Assembly: GCA_943787795.1 (NCBI GenBank)
Contig: CALSNU010000001.1
Coordinates: 192,001-256,000, forward strand
Direction of reading: 5' to 3'
Length of the DNA: 64,000 nucleotides
Origin: an uncultured bacterium
GTDB lineage: Bacteria > Planctomycetota > UBA1135 > GCA-002686595
Shown here: positions 43,556 to 53,637 of the stretch, in pieces
How the letters are laid out: every line of letters starts with the position of its first letter
Position numbering within the stretch: the first letter of the stretch is position 1
Translations under genes and position numbers: made by a program
Notes under the pieces: model-generated
What the model was told of the DNA's origin: nothing
The model's database searches: none
What the model saw: only the letters and a program-made list of their open reading frames with translations

Positions 43556-45138
43556 TGGCCCTGCTCCTCCCCGCGGCCGAGACGGCGTCACGCACGCCGC
43601 TGCTCGTCGTTGGCTTCTACCTGCTGCTGCTGATCGGCCTTGGGGTCCTCTCCAGTCGCCTGTTCCGCGGGACGTCCGCCGACTTCTTCGTGGCGGAGCG
43701 GTCCATCGGGCCGTTCCTGCTGCTCATGAGCGTGTTCGGCACGACCATGACCGCCTTCGCCCTGGTCGGCTCCACGGGCAAGGCGTGGGAGCTCGGCAAC
43801 GGCGTGTACGGGCTGATGGCCTCGGCCTCAGGGATCGTGCACTCGGCGGTGTTCTTCCTGGTGGGGATCAAGCTGTGGGCCATCGGCAAGCGCCACGGCT
43901 TCCGCACCCAGGTGCAGTACTTCCGGGGCCGCTTCCAGTCGAACCTCCTGGGCTACCTGCTGTTTCCGATCCTGGTGGCGCTGGTCGTGCCCTACCTGTT
44001 GATCGGCCTGCTGGGCGCCGGCGCGGTCATGCGCGGCGTGACCGTGGGCATGTTCCCCGAGACCTTCGCGGGCACCACCCTGCCGAACGGCCGGGTGATG
44101 TTCGAGGGCTCGATCCCGCCCTGGATCACGGGGCTCGTGGTCTGCGCCGTGGTGCTCTTCTACATCTTCGCCGGCGGCCTGCGCTCCGCGGCCTGGGCGA
44201 ACGCCTTCCAGACCATCGTGTTCATGATCACGGGCGTGATCGCCTTCGTCTTGATCTCGAGCAAGCTCGGGGGGATGGACGCCGCGACCCAGGCGGTGAT
44301 CGATAACTCGCCCGACCACATGACCCGGGCGCGGATCGGCAAGCTGCAGTTCGTGACCTACATGTTCGTGCCGCTGTCGGTGGGCATGTTCCCGCACCTG
44401 TTCCAGCACTGGCTCACGGCCAAGAAGGCGTCGACCTTCAAGCTGACGACGGTGGCGCACCCGCTGTTCATCGGGGTGGTCTGGGTGCCCTGCATCCTGA
44501 TCGGCATCTGGGCCGCGGGCGCGGGGATCATGCCTCCGGGCGGCAACCCGAACGCCCTGCTGCCCAAGATCGTCCAGACCCTGCTCCAGGACCCCTACCT
44601 CACGGGGCTCCTCACCGCCGGCATCCTGGCCGCCATCATGTCGTCCCTGGACTCCCAGTTCGTCTGTCTGGGGACCATGTTCACCCACGACATCGTCATG
44701 CACGCTGCTGGGGAGAAGCGCTTCTCCGACCGGGCCCAGGTGATGCTGGGACGGGGGTTCATCGTCTTCGTGGTGGGGGTGACCTACCTGCTGACGTTCT
44801 TCCCGCCGCCCAAGATCTTCGATCTGGCCGTGTGGTGCTTCAGCGGCTTCGCGGCCCTGTTCCCCCTGGTCTTCGCCTCGATCTACTGGCGCAGAACGAC
44901 GCGGGCGGGGGCCATCGCCTCGGTCCTGGCCATGGTGGTGACCTGGGGCACCTTGTTCTACGAAGGGCTCATCAGGCCGACCCTGGCCGGCGAAGAGATG
45001 GAAGGCGACTTCCTGGTGGCCGGAATGATGCCGGTCACCCTGATCTTCGCCGCCTCCACAGCTGCCCTGGTCCTCGTCAGCCTCATGACGAAGCCCCCCT
45101 CCGACGAGCACGTCGAGCAGTTCATGGTGGAGTCCTGA
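43552..45138 (+). CDS. Sodium:solute symporter
   Basis: DFFVA.RSIG, GG.RS.AW..AFQ, AAIMSSLDSQ; about 13 TM helices. Confidence 0.9.
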   Translation: MMALLLPAAETASRTPLLVVGFYLLLLIGLGVLSSRLFRGTSADFFVAERSIGPFLLLMSVFGTTMTAFALVGSTGKAWELGNGVYGLMASASGIVHSAVFFLVGIKLWAIGKRHGFRTQVQYFRGRFQSNLLGYLLFPILVALVVPYLLIGLLGAGAVMRGVTVGMFPETFAGTTLPNGRVMFEGSIPPWITGLVVCAVVLFYIFAGGLRSAAWANAFQTIVFMITGVIAFVLISSKLGGMDAATQAVIDNSPDHMTRARIGKLQFVTYMFVPLSVGMFPHLFQHWLTAKKASTFKLTTVAHPLFIGVVWVPCILIGIWAAGAGIMPPGGNPNALLPKIVQTLLQDPYLTGLLTAGILAAIMSSLDSQFVCLGTMFTHDIVMHAAGEKRFSDRAQVMLGRGFIVFVVGVTYLLTFFPPPKIFDLAVWCFSGFAALFPLVFASIYWRRTTRAGAIASVLAMVVTWGTLFYEGLIRPTLAGEEMEGDFLVAGMMPVTLIFAASTAALVLVSLMTKPPSDEHVEQFMVES

Positions 45139-45160
45139 TCCACCCCCTCTCTCTCCGAGC

Positions 45161-46243
45161 ATGACCGCAGTCTCCAACGACCGGATCGAGGCCGCCCAGG
45201 CGGCCCTCGATGCCCACGTCCGCGACATCATCGCGCACCACTTCTCCCCCGAGACCGGGACCCCCGTATGGCTGGACTACGCCAAGTCCGCAGGCTGGGA
45301 TCCGCGCGAGGAGGTCCGCTCCTTCGCGGACCTCATCGAGCGCTTCGATAACTTCGACGGGGAGCGGCTGCGCACCGACGCCCACGAGATGTGGATCCCC
45401 CGCGCCTTTGCGGGCCGGCCCTTCACGATCTTCGAGACCGGCGGCTCCACGGGCATGCCCAAGCAGCGCATCGGCTGGGACGACTACAAGCTCGACTACG
45501 AGGAGTTCTCCGAGCTCCTCGACGACGAGGCCTTCCCCCCCGGCGGCTACTGGTTGATGGTCGGCCCCACCGGGCCCCGGCGCCTGCGCCTCGCCATCGA
45601 GCACCTCGCCAACCACCGCGGCTCCTCGTGCTACTTCGTGGACCTCGACCCGCGCTGGGTGAAGAAGCTGATCTCCTCGGGCCAAGGGGACCAGGCCAAG
45701 GACTACATGCGCCACGTGGTCGATCAGGCCCTGAGCATCCTCAAGCACCGCAAGGTGGACGCGCTCTTCACGACGCCGCGGCTGCTCGAGGCGCTGGGCG
45801 ACGAGATCTCGATCCCCGACGCCGGCATCAAGGGCGTCTTCTGCGGCGGCACCGAGATGGACCCCCAGAACGTGCGCTTCCTCTGCGAGGAGATCCTCGA
45901 GGGGCAGGTCGGCTTCGTGCCCACCTACGGCAACACGCTCATGGGCCTCGCCTGCCACAAGAAGGGCTTCGAGCAGGAGAACTACTCGATCACCTACTAC
46001 GCGCCGCAGCCCCGCGCGGTCCTGCGCGTGACCGACCCCGAGGACTCGCGCAAGCTCGTGGACCACGGCGAGTGGGGCCGCGTGGAGCTCACGACCCTGA
46101 CCCACGAGTTCTTCCTGCCGCGCTTCCTCGAGCGCGACGCCGCCAAGCGCATCGCGCCCTGCGAGGACTTCGCCTGGGATGGCGTGGCCGAGGTGAAGCC
46201 CTACGCCAAGAACGAGGAGAAGATCGTGGAGGGCGTCTATTGA
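45161..46243 (+). CDS. EhpF-like ANL-superfamily adenylating enzyme
   Basis: HFSPETG.P.WL, ETGGSTGMPK, PTGP, DLDPRWVK, TTP, GGTE, YG, ERD and C-terminal IVEGVY match EhpF motifs as I recall them. Confidence 0.8.
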   Translation: MTAVSNDRIEAAQAALDAHVRDIIAHHFSPETGTPVWLDYAKSAGWDPREEVRSFADLIERFDNFDGERLRTDAHEMWIPRAFAGRPFTIFETGGSTGMPKQRIGWDDYKLDYEEFSELLDDEAFPPGGYWLMVGPTGPRRLRLAIEHLANHRGSSCYFVDLDPRWVKKLISSGQGDQAKDYMRHVVDQALSILKHRKVDALFTTPRLLEALGDEISIPDAGIKGVFCGGTEMDPQNVRFLCEEILEGQVGFVPTYGNTLMGLACHKKGFEQENYSITYYAPQPRAVLRVTDPEDSRKLVDHGEWGRVELTTLTHEFFLPRFLERDAAKRIAPCEDFAWDGVAEVKPYAKNEEKIVEGVY

Positions 46244-47694
46244 GCGCTGCAGCCAGTGACGTCCCGCACTTCCCGGTGCTGCGGGCGGGCAAGGAGTACT
46301 CCAGCCTCGACCGGGTCGAGCTGACCTCGCACCGCGACGGCAGCGTCGTCGCCTCCATCAGCCAGGCAAACGCCGGGCTGGTGCGGCGAGACATGCGCAA
46401 GCTCGACCAGAACACCGAGCGGCTGCGGGCCATGCCCATGGCCGAGCGGATCGAGCGCTGCCGCGAGGCGGCGCGGATCTTCCTGGAGGACGACCTGCCC
46501 ATCGGCGACGGCGTGATGCAGTCCGCCGACGACTACGTCGCGCAGCTCAGCTCCACCAGCGGCCTGCCCCACGTGATGGTGCGGGCCAACATGGAGAAGT
46601 GCGCCTTCGTCCTCGCCGAGATGACCACCATCCTGCGCGGCCTCATGCGCGGCATGGACCCCGGCGTGCTCGACCAGGGCTACGGGGACCACGACGGCGT
46701 GCCCGTGTGGTACACGCCCAGCGCCCGCGCCCTGGGCGCGGTGCTCCCGAGCAACTCGCCTGGCGTCCACTCGCTCTGGATCCCGTCCATCGCCCTCGGC
46801 GTGCCCCTGGCCCTCAAGCCGGGCCGCGAGGAGCCCTGGACGCCCATGCGCATCGCGCGGGCGATGATGGCCGCGGGCTTCCCGTCGGAGGCCTTCAGCC
46901 TCTATCCCACCGACCACGAAGGGGCCGGCACCCTGCTCGAGTGCTGCGACCGCTCCCTGCTCTTCGGCGACGCCCGCGTGGCCGAGAAGTACGCCGGCGA
47001 CCCGCGCATCGAGATCCACGGGCCCGGCCGCAGCAAGGTGCTGGTGGGGGACGACGTGGCGGACGACTGGGAGCAGTTCATGGACGTCTACGTGGACTCG
47101 GTGGCCCGCAACGGCGGCCGGAGCTGCATCAACGCCTCCGCGATCTATATCCCGCGCCACGGCGAGGCCCTCGCCGAGGCGCTCGCCGCGCGCCTCGCCC
47201 AGATCGAGCCGCGACCCCACGACGACCCGGACGCGCAGATCGCCGCCTTCGCCAACCCGGCGTTTGCCGACATGATGAGCGGCGCGATCGACGCCGGCAT
47301 CGAGAAGGGCGGCGCCCACGACGTGACCATGGCGGCGCGGGGCGGCTCGGCTCGCCGCGCGGAGCTCGGCTGCTCGGTCTACCTGCGTCCGACCGTGGTG
47401 CGCTGCGACTCGATGGAGCACCCCCTCGCGAACACCGAGTACATGTTCCCCTTCACCAGCGTGGTGGAGGTGCCCCAGGAGCGCATGCTCGAGGTCATGG
47501 GCCCGAGCCTCGTGGTCTCCGCGCTCAGCCGAGACGCTGCCTTCCTGCAGTCGCTCACCACGAGCCCGCTGATCAGCCGGCTGAACGTCGGGCCGGTCCC
47601 CACCTCCACGGTGGAGTGGGATCAACCCCACGAGGGCAACCTGTTCGAGTTCCTGCACGAGCGCCGCGCGCTCCAGCGCGCCGCCGGCTGGTAG
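46240..47694 (+). CDS. Atypical aldehyde dehydrogenase / acyl reductase (EhpG-like)
   Basis: LPSNSPG, LKPG, GPGRSK in place of ELGGK, NGGRSCIN catalytic Cys, E..FP. Confidence 0.78.
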   Translation: MSAAASDVPHFPVLRAGKEYSSLDRVELTSHRDGSVVASISQANAGLVRRDMRKLDQNTERLRAMPMAERIERCREAARIFLEDDLPIGDGVMQSADDYVAQLSSTSGLPHVMVRANMEKCAFVLAEMTTILRGLMRGMDPGVLDQGYGDHDGVPVWYTPSARALGAVLPSNSPGVHSLWIPSIALGVPLALKPGREEPWTPMRIARAMMAAGFPSEAFSLYPTDHEGAGTLLECCDRSLLFGDARVAEKYAGDPRIEIHGPGRSKVLVGDDVADDWEQFMDVYVDSVARNGGRSCINASAIYIPRHGEALAEALAARLAQIEPRPHDDPDAQIAAFANPAFADMMSGAIDAGIEKGGAHDVTMAARGGSARRAELGCSVYLRPTVVRCDSMEHPLANTEYMFPFTSVVEVPQERMLEVMGPSLVVSALSRDAAFLQSLTTSPLISRLNVGPVPTSTVEWDQPHEGNLFEFLHERRALQRAAGW

Positions 47695-47705
47695 GCAGCG
47701 GGCCC

Positions 47706-48878
47706 ATGTTCCGCGAGGACGAGCGCACACGGGTCATCGAGGCGTCCGGGGGGCTGGCCCGCCTGGGGGCGCTGGCCGCAGAGCTCGGCGGGTCGCGGGT
47801 CATGGTGGTCTCCGACCCCGGGGTCGCCGCTGCCGGGCACGCGGCGCGGGCGGCGGAGGTGCTGAGGAGCGCTGGGCTCGAGGTCGAACTCCACATCGAC
47901 GTCGCGGAGAACCCGAAGAGCAGCGACGTGGCCAAGGCGGCCGCCGTGGCGGCCGCGTTTGGTCCGGACCTCTATGTCGCGGTGGGCGGTGGGAGCGCCA
48001 TCGACACCGCCAAGGGCGCGAACTTCGTGGAGGTGTGCGGCGGCCGTATGGAGGACTACCGCGGGCATGACACCGCCACGGCCGCCCTCCGACCGCTCAT
48101 CGCGGTGCCCACGACCGCGGGGACCGGGTCCGAGGTCCAGTCGTTCGCGCTCATCGGGGACGGCGAGACGGGGGCCAAGATGGCCTGCGGCGACCCCTCC
48201 GCGGCACCACGGGCCGCGCTCCTCGACCCCGAGCTGACCCTCTCGATGCCCCGCCGAGTCACGGCCATGACGGGCCTGGACACCCTTGCTCACGCCGTGG
48301 AGAGCGCGGTCGCGCGGCCCCGTGACCCGTCCACCGACGGCCGCAGCCGGGAGTACGGCTGCTCCGCCTTCGCCCTCGTCAGCGCGGGGCTGCCCCGGGT
48401 GCTCGAGGCGCCCGGGGACCTGGACGCGCGGGCCAGCATGATGCGGGCGTCCGCGCTGGCGGGCCTCGCCATCGAGCACGCCATGCTCGGGGTCGCTCAC
48501 TCCATGGCCAACCCCCTCACCCGCCACCACGGCGTTCCCCATGGCCTGGCCGTTGGCCTGATGTTGCCCCACGTGGTGCGCTTCAACGCGGCGGATGACT
48601 CGGCCGCCGGGGACACGATCCGCGGGACCTATGCGGCCCTCGCCGCAGCGGCTGGCCTGGATGGAGCCAGCGACGCGGCCCTCGCCGGGGCCCTGGCCGA
48701 TCGGTGCGCGCGCCTCCTCGAGCTCTCCGGGCTGAGCACCGGCCTACGGCAGCTCGGGGTCACGGCCGCAGACCTCCCCGTCCTCGCGGCCGAGGCGGAC
48801 GAGCAGTGGACGGCTCGCTTCAACCCCCGCGGGGTGGACGCGGCGGCCTTCGAGGGGCTGCTGAGCGCCGCGCTCTGA
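47706..48878 (+). CDS. Iron-containing alcohol dehydrogenase
   Basis: GGGSAID, PTTAGTGSE, D..AHA.ES, H...HG. Confidence 0.9.
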   Translation: MFREDERTRVIEASGGLARLGALAAELGGSRVMVVSDPGVAAAGHAARAAEVLRSAGLEVELHIDVAENPKSSDVAKAAAVAAAFGPDLYVAVGGGSAIDTAKGANFVEVCGGRMEDYRGHDTATAALRPLIAVPTTAGTGSEVQSFALIGDGETGAKMACGDPSAAPRAALLDPELTLSMPRRVTAMTGLDTLAHAVESAVARPRDPSTDGRSREYGCSAFALVSAGLPRVLEAPGDLDARASMMRASALAGLAIEHAMLGVAHSMANPLTRHHGVPHGLAVGLMLPHVVRFNAADDSAAGDTIRGTYAALAAAAGLDGASDAALAGALADRCARLLELSGLSTGLRQLGVTAADLPVLAAEADEQWTARFNPRGVDAAAFEGLLSAAL

Positions 48879-49060
48879 CGGCACCTGGGGCGCCTCCGGC
48901 GCCGGGTGGCCTGTCGCGATCTGGGGGTCTCGAGGGCCCGTAAGGTGGCGCCGTTGGGGGTCGCCGCTGATCTCGCCGGAGAGGCCGTGCGTCGCTCGCC
49001 GAATCCCGCACACTCTGGCGCTCTCCGGCGCCCCCATGGGGGGCCAGGGACGACCCCTCC

Positions 49061-51262
49061 ATGACCGACTCACGCGCGCCCAGCTACGGACGGTTCGGCA
49101 CCTTCGGTGGTGTCTTCACGCCGTGCACGCTCACGATCCTGGGCGTGATCATGTTCCTGCGCTTCGGCCAGGTCGTGGGCAACGCGGGGCTGTGGTCGGC
49201 GATCGGGATCGTGCTGCTCGCCAAGGCGATCACCACCATCACCGCCTTCTCGCTGTCGGCCATCGCCACCAACACCCAGGTGAAGAGCGGGGGGGCCTAC
49301 TACATGATCAGCCGCTCCCTGGGAGCGGAGTTCGGAGGCTCCATCGGGCTGGTGTTCTTCCTGGCCCAGGCGGCCTCGGTCGCCCTGTACGTGATCGGCT
49401 TCACCGAGGCGCTGGTCGCGACCTTTCCTGGTCTCGAAGGGAACTTCCGCTGGGCCGCGAGCGCGGTCAACCTGGTGGTCTTCGCGTGCGTGTACGTCGG
49501 GGCCGGGTGGACCATCCGGCTGCAGTACGGGATCCTGGCCGTGCTCTTCATCGCGGTGCTGTCCTTTGCCGCCGGCGCGCTGATGAGCTTCGACGTGGAG
49601 ATCCTCCGCGCGAACCTGGGGTCGGGCTACGCGGAGGGCCAGAGCGCCCTCACCATGTTCGCCCTCTTCTTCCCCGCCGCCACGGGGATCATGGCCGGCG
49701 CCAACCTGTCAGGGGACCTGAAGGATCCCGCTCGCTCCATCCCCCGCGGGACGCTGGCGTCGATCGGCTTCACGGGGCTGATCTACATCACGATGGGGGT
49801 CCTGCTGGCGGGAGCCGCTCCGCGGGCCTTCCTGCAGACGAGCAACATGGTCGTTCGCGAGACGGCGGCGGTGCCGGTGCTGATCACCGCCGGGATCTTC
49901 GCGGCCACGCTGTCCTCGGCCATCGGGTCCATGATGGGGGCCCCGCGGATCCTCCAGGCGCTGGCGCGGGACGGGATCTTCAAGCGCCTGCAGGTCTTCT
50001 CCAGCGGCGACAAGGCCACCAACGAGCCGCGGCCTGCGATCGTCCTCACGTTCGCGATCGCGCAGGTCGGCGTGATGGTCGGGACCCTCGACCTGATCGC
50101 GCCGATCATCACCATGTTCTTCATGGTGACCTACGGCTACCTGAACTTCGCCACGTTCAGGGAGTCGTACTCGCGGAACCCCTCCTATCGGCCGACGTTC
50201 CGCTACGCCCACTGGACCCTCGCCCTCGCGGGCGGCGTGGCGTGCGCGGCGGTGATGCTGCTCATCGCGCCGGGCTGGGCGATGGCCTCGGCTGCGCTGA
50301 TGTTCGCGCTGCACCGGTTCATCTCCAAGCAGAAGATCCGGACCTCCTGGGGCGACGTGCGCAGCGGCGCGGCCTACGAGCGCGCGCGCAAGGAGCTGCG
50401 CCGGCTAGAGGACGAGCACTACCACCCGAAGAACTGGCGGCCGGCGATCCTGGCCTTCAGCGGCGCGGTCGCGGGGCGGCCTCGGACGGCGGTCTTCGCC
50501 AACTGGCTCTGCGCCGGCCGGGGGATCCTGAGCATCGGCCAGGTCATCCCCGGTGACGTGGAGGACCTGGTGGAGCGTCGCCGCGGGCAGGAGAAGGCGC
50601 TCCGGAAGTTCATCCAGAAGCATCAGGTCGACGCGTTCCCGGCGGTGGTGGTGTCCAACGACCGCCAGCGAGGCATCGAGGCGCTGGTGCAGTGTCACGG
50701 GCTCGGGGGCCTCCGGCCGAACTCGGTGATGGGCGACTGGATCCGGGAGGGCGACGATGCCGAGGACTACGTCCACGCGCTGCGTCGGGTCTCCATGCTC
50801 GGTCAGAGCCTCCTGCTCTTCTCCAGCCGGGTGGACCCTGATTCGGACCCTCACGAGGTGCCCACCGGGACCGTGGACGTCTGGTGGCGAGGCAAGGAGA
50901 ACGGGTCGCTGATGGTGCTGCTCGCCCACATGCTGGTGCAGAACGCCGACTGGCGCGGCCGGCACGTGCGCCTCCTGCGGGTGGTCAACAACGAGGCGGC
51001 CCTCGAGGAGACCGAGCGGCACCTGAAGGACCTGGTGCAGCGGGCGCGGATCGAGGCCCGCGTTCAGGTCGTCGTCTCGGACTCGGCGGTGCACGCGATC
51101 CACGAGGTCTCTCGCCACGCGGCGGTGGTCTTCCTCGGGTTCAAGGTCCCGGACGAGGACAGCGGCGCGCCCGACTTCGTGGACACCAACGACGCCTTGG
51201 TGGGGGGGCTGCGGACGGTCTTCCTCGTGAACAGCGCTGGCGACGCCTCCCTGGACGTCTGA
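49061..51262 (+). CDS. Cation-chloride cotransporter (SLC12-like, APC superfamily)
   Basis: GVFTP...ILGVIMFLR, AIATN, GGAYYMISRSLG.EFGGSIG, FFPA.TGIMAG, KNWRP, DVWW. Confidence 0.85.
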   Translation: MTDSRAPSYGRFGTFGGVFTPCTLTILGVIMFLRFGQVVGNAGLWSAIGIVLLAKAITTITAFSLSAIATNTQVKSGGAYYMISRSLGAEFGGSIGLVFFLAQAASVALYVIGFTEALVATFPGLEGNFRWAASAVNLVVFACVYVGAGWTIRLQYGILAVLFIAVLSFAAGALMSFDVEILRANLGSGYAEGQSALTMFALFFPAATGIMAGANLSGDLKDPARSIPRGTLASIGFTGLIYITMGVLLAGAAPRAFLQTSNMVVRETAAVPVLITAGIFAATLSSAIGSMMGAPRILQALARDGIFKRLQVFSSGDKATNEPRPAIVLTFAIAQVGVMVGTLDLIAPIITMFFMVTYGYLNFATFRESYSRNPSYRPTFRYAHWTLALAGGVACAAVMLLIAPGWAMASAALMFALHRFISKQKIRTSWGDVRSGAAYERARKELRRLEDEHYHPKNWRPAILAFSGAVAGRPRTAVFANWLCAGRGILSIGQVIPGDVEDLVERRRGQEKALRKFIQKHQVDAFPAVVVSNDRQRGIEALVQCHGLGGLRPNSVMGDWIREGDDAEDYVHALRRVSMLGQSLLLFSSRVDPDSDPHEVPTGTVDVWWRGKENGSLMVLLAHMLVQNADWRGRHVRLLRVVNNEAALEETERHLKDLVQRARIEARVQVVVSDSAVHAIHEVSRHAAVVFLGFKVPDEDSGAPDFVDTNDALVGGLRTVFLVNSAGDASLDV

Positions 51263-51310
51263 GAGTCAGTCTCTGACGGCGTGCGGGCGGCGCGGCGCTA
51301 GGATGGCGTC

Positions 51311-52543
51311 ATGCTGTCACTTCTCTTAGCGCTCGCCGTCGGGGCCCCCGACTGGCCCGACTTCCGAGGCCCCGGGCGGGACGGGCACGCGGACGGCGTG
51401 GACCTCCCCATGTCATGGAGCGAGGAGGAGCACGTGGTCTGGAAGACCGCGATCCACGGTCGGGGCTGGTCCTCACCGGTGTTGCTGGAGGGGCGCGCGT
51501 GGCTGACCACGGCGCCGTCCAAGGGCGGCGCGCTCTCCGTCATCGCCGTGGACCTTGACTCCGGAGAGGTCGTGGTGGATCGGGTGGTGTTCGAGGTCGC
51601 CGAGCCGGAGCCCCGCAACGGTCTCAACAGCTACGCCTCGCCGAGCCCGGTGGTGGCGGAAGGGCGGGTCTTCGTGCACTTCGGGACCTACGGCACCGCG
51701 TGCCTGGACGCGGAGACCGGCGAGACCGTCTGGTCGAGGACGGACCTGAAGTGCGATCACCTCGAGGGCCCCGGGTCGTCCCCGCTCTTGCAGGACGGGC
51801 GCCTCTTCCTCCACCTCGATGGCGCCGACGTCCAGTACCTCGTGGCGCTCGACCCGAAGACCGGGGAGACCCTGTGGAGAACGGAGCGGACCGCGGACCT
51901 CGAGCCCCTCGCGCCCGACTTCCGCAAGGCGTATAGCACGCCGCTGCTCACCACGATGAAGGGAGCGGAGGGGCCCCGGCCGGTGCTGATCAGCTCCGCC
52001 GCGCGGGCCACCTACGGGTATGACCCCGCCACCGGCGCCGAGCTCTGGAGGATGGATCACCCCGGCTTCTCCATGGCGTCGCGGCCGCTGCTCGTGGACG
52101 ACAAGCTCTACGTCTCCACGGGCTTCATGCGCCCCGAGCTGTGGGCCTTCAAGATCGGGGGCGCCGGCAACATCACGGACGACGCCTTCCTGTGGCGCAA
52201 CACCCGCGGCGTCCCGACCATGCCCTCCTCCGTGATCGTCGGCGGGCTCCTGTTCCAGGTCAGCGATCGCGGGATGGCGTCAGCGGTGGACCTCGAGACG
52301 GGTGAGACGCGCTGGCAAGAGCGGCTCGGTGAGAGCCACTGCGCCTCGCTGCTCGCGAGCGGCGACCGCATCTACGCCTTCGGCGTGGAGGGCAAGTCCT
52401 CCGTCTTCCGGGCCAGCGGGAGCTTCGAGAAGCTCGCGGAGGGTCAGCTCGAGGCGGGCTTCATGGCCTCGCCGGCGGTGCTCGGCGACGCGCTCATCCT
52501 GCGGACGAAGACTCACCTCTACCGGATCGAGGCGGCGCAGTGA
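51311..52543 (+). CDS. Secreted PQQ-like beta-propeller protein
   Basis: DWPDFRGP, GWSSPV, NSYASPSP, LRT.THLYRI. Confidence 0.85.
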   Translation: MLSLLLALAVGAPDWPDFRGPGRDGHADGVDLPMSWSEEEHVVWKTAIHGRGWSSPVLLEGRAWLTTAPSKGGALSVIAVDLDSGEVVVDRVVFEVAEPEPRNGLNSYASPSPVVAEGRVFVHFGTYGTACLDAETGETVWSRTDLKCDHLEGPGSSPLLQDGRLFLHLDGADVQYLVALDPKTGETLWRTERTADLEPLAPDFRKAYSTPLLTTMKGAEGPRPVLISSAARATYGYDPATGAELWRMDHPGFSMASRPLLVDDKLYVSTGFMRPELWAFKIGGAGNITDDAFLWRNTRGVPTMPSSVIVGGLLFQVSDRGMASAVDLETGETRWQERLGESHCASLLASGDRIYAFGVEGKSSVFRASGSFEKLAEGQLEAGFMASPAVLGDALILRTKTHLYRIEAAQ

Positions 52544-53553
52544 AGGCGCTCACCTTCCAGGGGATCAAGGACGTCGCCTGCACGGAGGCGCCTGACCCGA
52601 CCATCGAGCAGCCCACGGACGCCATCGTGCGCGTGGAGCTTTCGGCCATCTGCGGCTCGGACCTGCACGTGTACCGTGGGGCCGAGGCGGGCCTCGACCG
52701 CGGGACGGTGCTGGGGCACGAGTTCGCCGGCGAGGTCCTGGAGGTGGGCAGCGCCGTGGAGGGGATCGTCCCGGGGGACCGGGTCGTCGCGCCCTTCTCC
52801 ACCAGCTGCGGCGCCTGCCCCGCGTGCGAGCGCGGGCTCAGCTCGCGGTGCGAGTTGGGGCAGCTGTTCGGGTGGGTCGAGGGTGGCCAGGGGCTCCACG
52901 GAGGCCAGGCAGAGCTCGTGCGCGTGCCCCTCGCCGGGAGCTCCCTGGTCAAGGTGGAGGACGGCCGCGACCCGGCGGCGCTCTTCGCCGGGGACGTGAT
53001 GTCCACCGGGATGTTCCTCGCCGCGCTCGGTGGGGTCGGCCCCGGCGACCGGGTGGCCGTCATCGGCTGCGGCCCGGTGGGCCTGATGGCCGTGGTCGCC
53101 GCCCTCGACATGGGCGCCGCCGAGGTGTTCGCGCTGGACCTGCTGGAGGACCGCCTCGAGCTCGCGCGGTCGTTTGGCGCCACGCCCGTCCTGGCCTCGG
53201 ATCCGGCTCAGCTCCCGTCTGCGGTGGACGCCTCCCTCGAGGCGGTGGGGTCGCCCTCCTCCACCCGCCTGGCCTTCGATCTGCTGCGGCCCGGTGGGAC
53301 CCTCGCGGCGGCGGGCGTTCACGTGGAGCCGCAGCTCGCGTTCTCGCCCGGCGAGGCCTACGACAAGAACCTGACCTATCGCGCCGGCCGCTCTCCGGCG
53401 CGGAGCCTCCTCGAGCCGGCGCTGGAGCTGGCCACGCGCAGCGGCGTGGACCGCATCGTGTCCCACCGGATCCCGCTGGCCGAGGCCGCCCACGGCTACC
53501 GGATCTTCGACGGTCGGCTCGACGGCGCGACCAAGGTGCTCCTGGAGCCCTGA
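52540..53553 (+). CDS. Zinc-dependent alcohol dehydrogenase (MDR family)
   Basis: ICGSDLH, GHE, CG.C..C...C, GCGPVG. Confidence 0.9.
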   Translation: MKALTFQGIKDVACTEAPDPTIEQPTDAIVRVELSAICGSDLHVYRGAEAGLDRGTVLGHEFAGEVLEVGSAVEGIVPGDRVVAPFSTSCGACPACERGLSSRCELGQLFGWVEGGQGLHGGQAELVRVPLAGSSLVKVEDGRDPAALFAGDVMSTGMFLAALGGVGPGDRVAVIGCGPVGLMAVVAALDMGAAEVFALDLLEDRLELARSFGATPVLASDPAQLPSAVDASLEAVGSPSSTRLAFDLLRPGGTLAAAGVHVEPQLAFSPGEAYDKNLTYRAGRSPARSLLEPALELATRSGVDRIVSHRIPLAEAAHGYRIFDGRLDGATKVLLEP

Positions 53554-53620
53554 GTCGCCTCTCAGCAGAGTCGCCTCTCAGCAGAGTCGCCTCCCAGCAG
53601 GGCCGCCTCCCAGCAGAGAC
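53552..53620. repeat. 16-bp tandem repeat (GAGTCGCCTCTCAGCA, about 4 copies) between convergent genes
   Basis: Units at 53552, 53568, 53584 and 53600. Confidence 0.8.
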
Positions 53621-53637
53621 GACGTGGGGGCGAGCCG

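Noticed and set aside
45161..47694. Complete phenazine biosynthetic cluster
   Set aside because: No phzA/B/D/E/F/G homologues in the window
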